A program made the position numbers and the translations under genes. 32,000 bases of DNA from Methylorubrum extorquens (lineage in GTDB: Bacteria > Pseudomonadota > Alphaproteobacteria > Rhizobiales > Beijerinckiaceae): NCBI GenBank assembly GCA_900234795.1, contig LT962688.1, positions 3,480,001 through 3,512,000 on the forward strand, read 5' to 3'. Position 1 is the first letter of the stretch, and the number at the start of each line of letters is the position of its first letter. Under the pieces are notes generated by a model. That model was not told the DNA's origin, made no database searches, and saw nothing but the letters and a program-made list of their open reading frames with translations. Shown piece after piece: positions 29,960 through 32,000 of this stretch.

Positions 29960-30845
29960 GCCCCGGCCGCACACCCTCCGCTACGAGCCAGTCGATGAGC
30001 GCGGTAAGCGCGGGCGACTTGTCGGCATCGAACGGCGTCAGGGCGAAGTAGGCGGCGCGCCCGACCCGGATGTCCGGAAAAGGCGCCACGAGCCGGCCCG
30101 CGGCGACCATCCGGTCGAGCACGGGAAACGGCCCGATGCCGAGACCCGCGCCGTCCTCAAGCGCCTGCAAGGTCACGAAGAAGTGGTCGAAGACCCGGCG
30201 GCGCACGCCGCCGGGGAGCGTCACCGCGGCGACCGTGAGCCAGTCGCTCCAATCCCCCGGCCGAGTCTCGGTGCCGAGGAGGATGTGACCGTCGAGGTCG
30301 CGCAACGTCGCGAGCGGTTTGTCCTGTAGCAAAGCGGCGCTTGCCACCAGCGTGTCGGTCTCCGTCAGGAAGGGCACGGCGCGGTGCTGTGGCCAGGGCT
30401 CGGGGCCGCGCCGGATCGCAAGGTCGAACCCGCCGCGCAGCGCATCCTGCAAGGTCGTCGTGGTGGTGACCCTGACCTCCGTGCCGGGACGAACCGCATG
30501 GAAGTCGTCGAGGCGCGGGATCAGCCAGCGCATCGCGAAGGTCGCAGGCGCGCTGACCCGCAGGACGCGCGGCGCCTGGGGCCGTCCGCACGCTTCGGCT
30601 GCCGCCGTGAGCCGGTCGAAGGACAGGCTGATCTCCTCGGCGAAGACGCGCGCTGCCGGGGTCGCCACCATCCGTCGGCCAACCCGCACGAACAGCCTTT
30701 GGCCGAGCCAGGTCTCCAGGGCGGCGATTTGCCGGCTCACCGCGCCGTGGGTCAGCCCGAGTTCGAGCCCGGCCTGCGCGTAGCTGCCGGCCCTGGCCGC
30801 GACTTCGAACACCTGCAACGCGTGCAGCGGCGGTAGCCGGCGCAT
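29943..30845 (-). CDS. LysR-family transcriptional regulator (GcvA-like)
   Basis: The ATG at 30845 (Shine-Dalgarno GAGGGGTGAGGG) gives MRRLPPLHALQVFEVAARAGSYAQAGLELGLTHGAVSRQIAALE... The track start is a GTG at 30854. The 3' end overlaps the convergent tautomerase gene by 17 nt. Confidence 0.85.
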   Translation of the reverse strand: MRRLPPLHALQVFEVAARAGSYAQAGLELGLTHGAVSRQIAALETWLGQRLFVRVGRRMVATPAARVFAEEISLSFDRLTAAAEACGRPQAPRVLRVSAPATFAMRWLIPRLDDFHAVRPGTEVRVTTTTTLQDALRGGFDLAIRRGPEPWPQHRAVPFLTETDTLVASAALLQDKPLATLRDLDGHILLGTETRPGDWSDWLTVAAVTLPGGVRRRVFDHFFVTLQALEDGAGLGIGPFPVLDRMVAAGRLVAPFPDIRVGRAAYFALTPFDADKSPALTALIDWLVAEGVRPGLTIPR

Positions 30846-30961
30846 GTCCCTCACCCCTCGATCCGTGAGAAAACCGCACGAAACCCGTGAGGCAAACGGC
30901 TCTCATCGCGCAAAACTCACAAGTCTAGGATCGCCGCGCAATCGCAGCCGGAGATTTTCGT

Positions 30962-32000
30962 GTGAGCCAAGCCGTTCGACTCGATGCATTCCAGCGGGCG
31001 GATCGCGCGTGCCTCGACCTCAAGCGGCGCAGCCTCGGCGGAGCCTGCCTCGCCCACGCCCTGCACGACGGCTACACCGACCTGCTCTACGTGCTGCTGC
31101 CGGTCTGGCAGGCGGAGTTCAGCCTCGGCTATGCCGGGCTCGCCGTCCTGCGCAGCCTCTACTACGCGACCATGGGCGGGTTGCAGATCCCCGCGGACCG
31201 GCTGGCGGCGCGCTGGCCGATCCGCATGAGCCTCGCCGTCTCGACCCTCGTCGCCGCCGCGGGCTTCGGTGCGATGGCACTGAGCGGCAGCCTATTCGGG
31301 CTCTGCGCCGGTCTGGTGCTCGCCGGGATCGGTGCGAGCCTCCAGCATCCCCGCGCCTCGCTCCTCGTCGCGCAGGCCTATGGAGGCGCCGCGCGCGGGC
31401 CGCTCGGGATCTACAATTTCGCCGGCGATCTCGGAAAGGCGGTGTTTCCGGTCGTCGTCGCGCTTCTGCTCGGGGTGATGGCGTGGCGGCCGGTCGCCGG
31501 GCTGATGGCGGCGGTCGGCCTCGCCGCGGCGCTGGCGCTGGTCTTCGTCCTGCCGCGGGGATCGCTGGCCGCTGCGCCCCCGCGCTCCGGCGGGAGCGGC
31601 GGCGAGGGCCGGGGCTTCTCCCTCCTGATGACAATCGGCGCCTTTGACACCGCCACGCGGATGGGCACGCTGCTGTTCCTGCCCTTCCTGCTGGAGGCGA
31701 AGGGCGGCACGGGCACGACCACCGGGCTCGCCCTCGCCCTGGTGTTTTCCGGCGGCGCCTTCGGCAAGGCGGTGTGCGGCTGGCTCGGCGAGCGGCTCGG
31801 TATCGTGCCGTGCGTCGTCGCGACCGAGACGGCCACCGCCGTGGGGGTCGCCGCGCTCCTCGTCCTGCCGCTCGGGCCGACCCTGGCCCTGCTGCCGCTC
31901 CTCGGCCTCGTCCTCAACGGCACCTCCTCCGTGCTCTACGGGACGGTGCCGGATCTCGCGCCGCGGGGGGATGTCGGCCGGGCGTTCGCGCTGTTCTACA
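30962..32000 (+). CDS. MFS transporter (3' end lies outside the window)
   Basis: This gene is absent from the ORF track because it runs off the window edge. The GTG at 30962 (GGAG about 10 nt upstream, in-frame TAG at 30926) opens a frame that stays open to 32000. The translation is repetitively hydrophobic: ...LLYVLLPVWQAEFSLGYAGLAVLRSLYYATMGGLQIPADRLAARW...LVLAGIGASLQHP...GIYNFAGDLGKAVFP... It is divergent from the LysR gene. Confidence 0.7.
   Translation, partial: MSQAVRLDAFQRADRACLDLKRRSLGGACLAHALHDGYTDLLYVLLPVWQAEFSLGYAGLAVLRSLYYATMGGLQIPADRLAARWPIRMSLAVSTLVAAAGFGAMALSGSLFGLCAGLVLAGIGASLQHPRASLLVAQAYGGAARGPLGIYNFAGDLGKAVFPVVVALLLGVMAWRPVAGLMAAVGLAAALALVFVLPRGSLAAAPPRSGGSGGEGRGFSLLMTIGAFDTATRMGTLLFLPFLLEAKGGTGTTTGLALALVFSGGAFGKAVCGWLGERLGIVPCVVATETATAVGVAALLVLPLGPTLALLPLLGLVLNGTSSVLYGTVPDLAPRGDVGRAFALFY

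Overview
This is a high-GC window from an alphaproteobacterium. The r-protein and EF-Tu sequences look Hyphomicrobiales/Methylobacterium-like, but that is inference only. About half of it is core translation machinery in an unusual layout. The alpha operon (rpsM-rpsK-[MBL hydrolase]-rpoA-rplQ) runs on the + strand at 1-3409. The complete str+S10 block (rpsL rpsG fusA tuf rpsJ rplC rplD rplW rplB rpsS rplV rpsC rplP rpmC rpsQ) runs on the - strand at 16785-7118. The two blocks meet tail to tail, with no spc operon between them and no rpoBC upstream of rpsL. The 3.7-kb spacer holds a 2-Cys OhrR, a NUDIX hydrolase and an orphan AAA+ ATPase. The right half (17.2-32 kb) is accessory. It holds a 1159-aa SMC-like ATPase (JetC/MksB-like). 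About 4.2 kb away on the same strand sit a JetB/MksE-like gene and a JetA/MksF-like gene. Between them lie a LysR/ring-cleaving dioxygenase/carboxylesterase cassette, a GNAT remnant and a low-GC islet with two convergent small hydrophobic ORFs. No JetD-like nuclease gene is present. The main candidate system is therefore a split, nuclease-less, possibly decaying Wadjet/MksBEF-like module. Further right are a HAD phosphatase, a secreted Gly/Tyr-repeat protein, a CitE-like CoA-ester lyase, a tautomerase, a second LysR and a partial MFS transporter. At least five single-base frame breaks, all placed at short homopolymer runs (where the break site can be localised), interrupt otherwise perfectly conserved genes: tuf twice, the jetA-like gene twice, the esterase once. 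That points to sequencing error or very recent decay. I found no tRNA, rRNA, CRISPR array, transposase or integrase.
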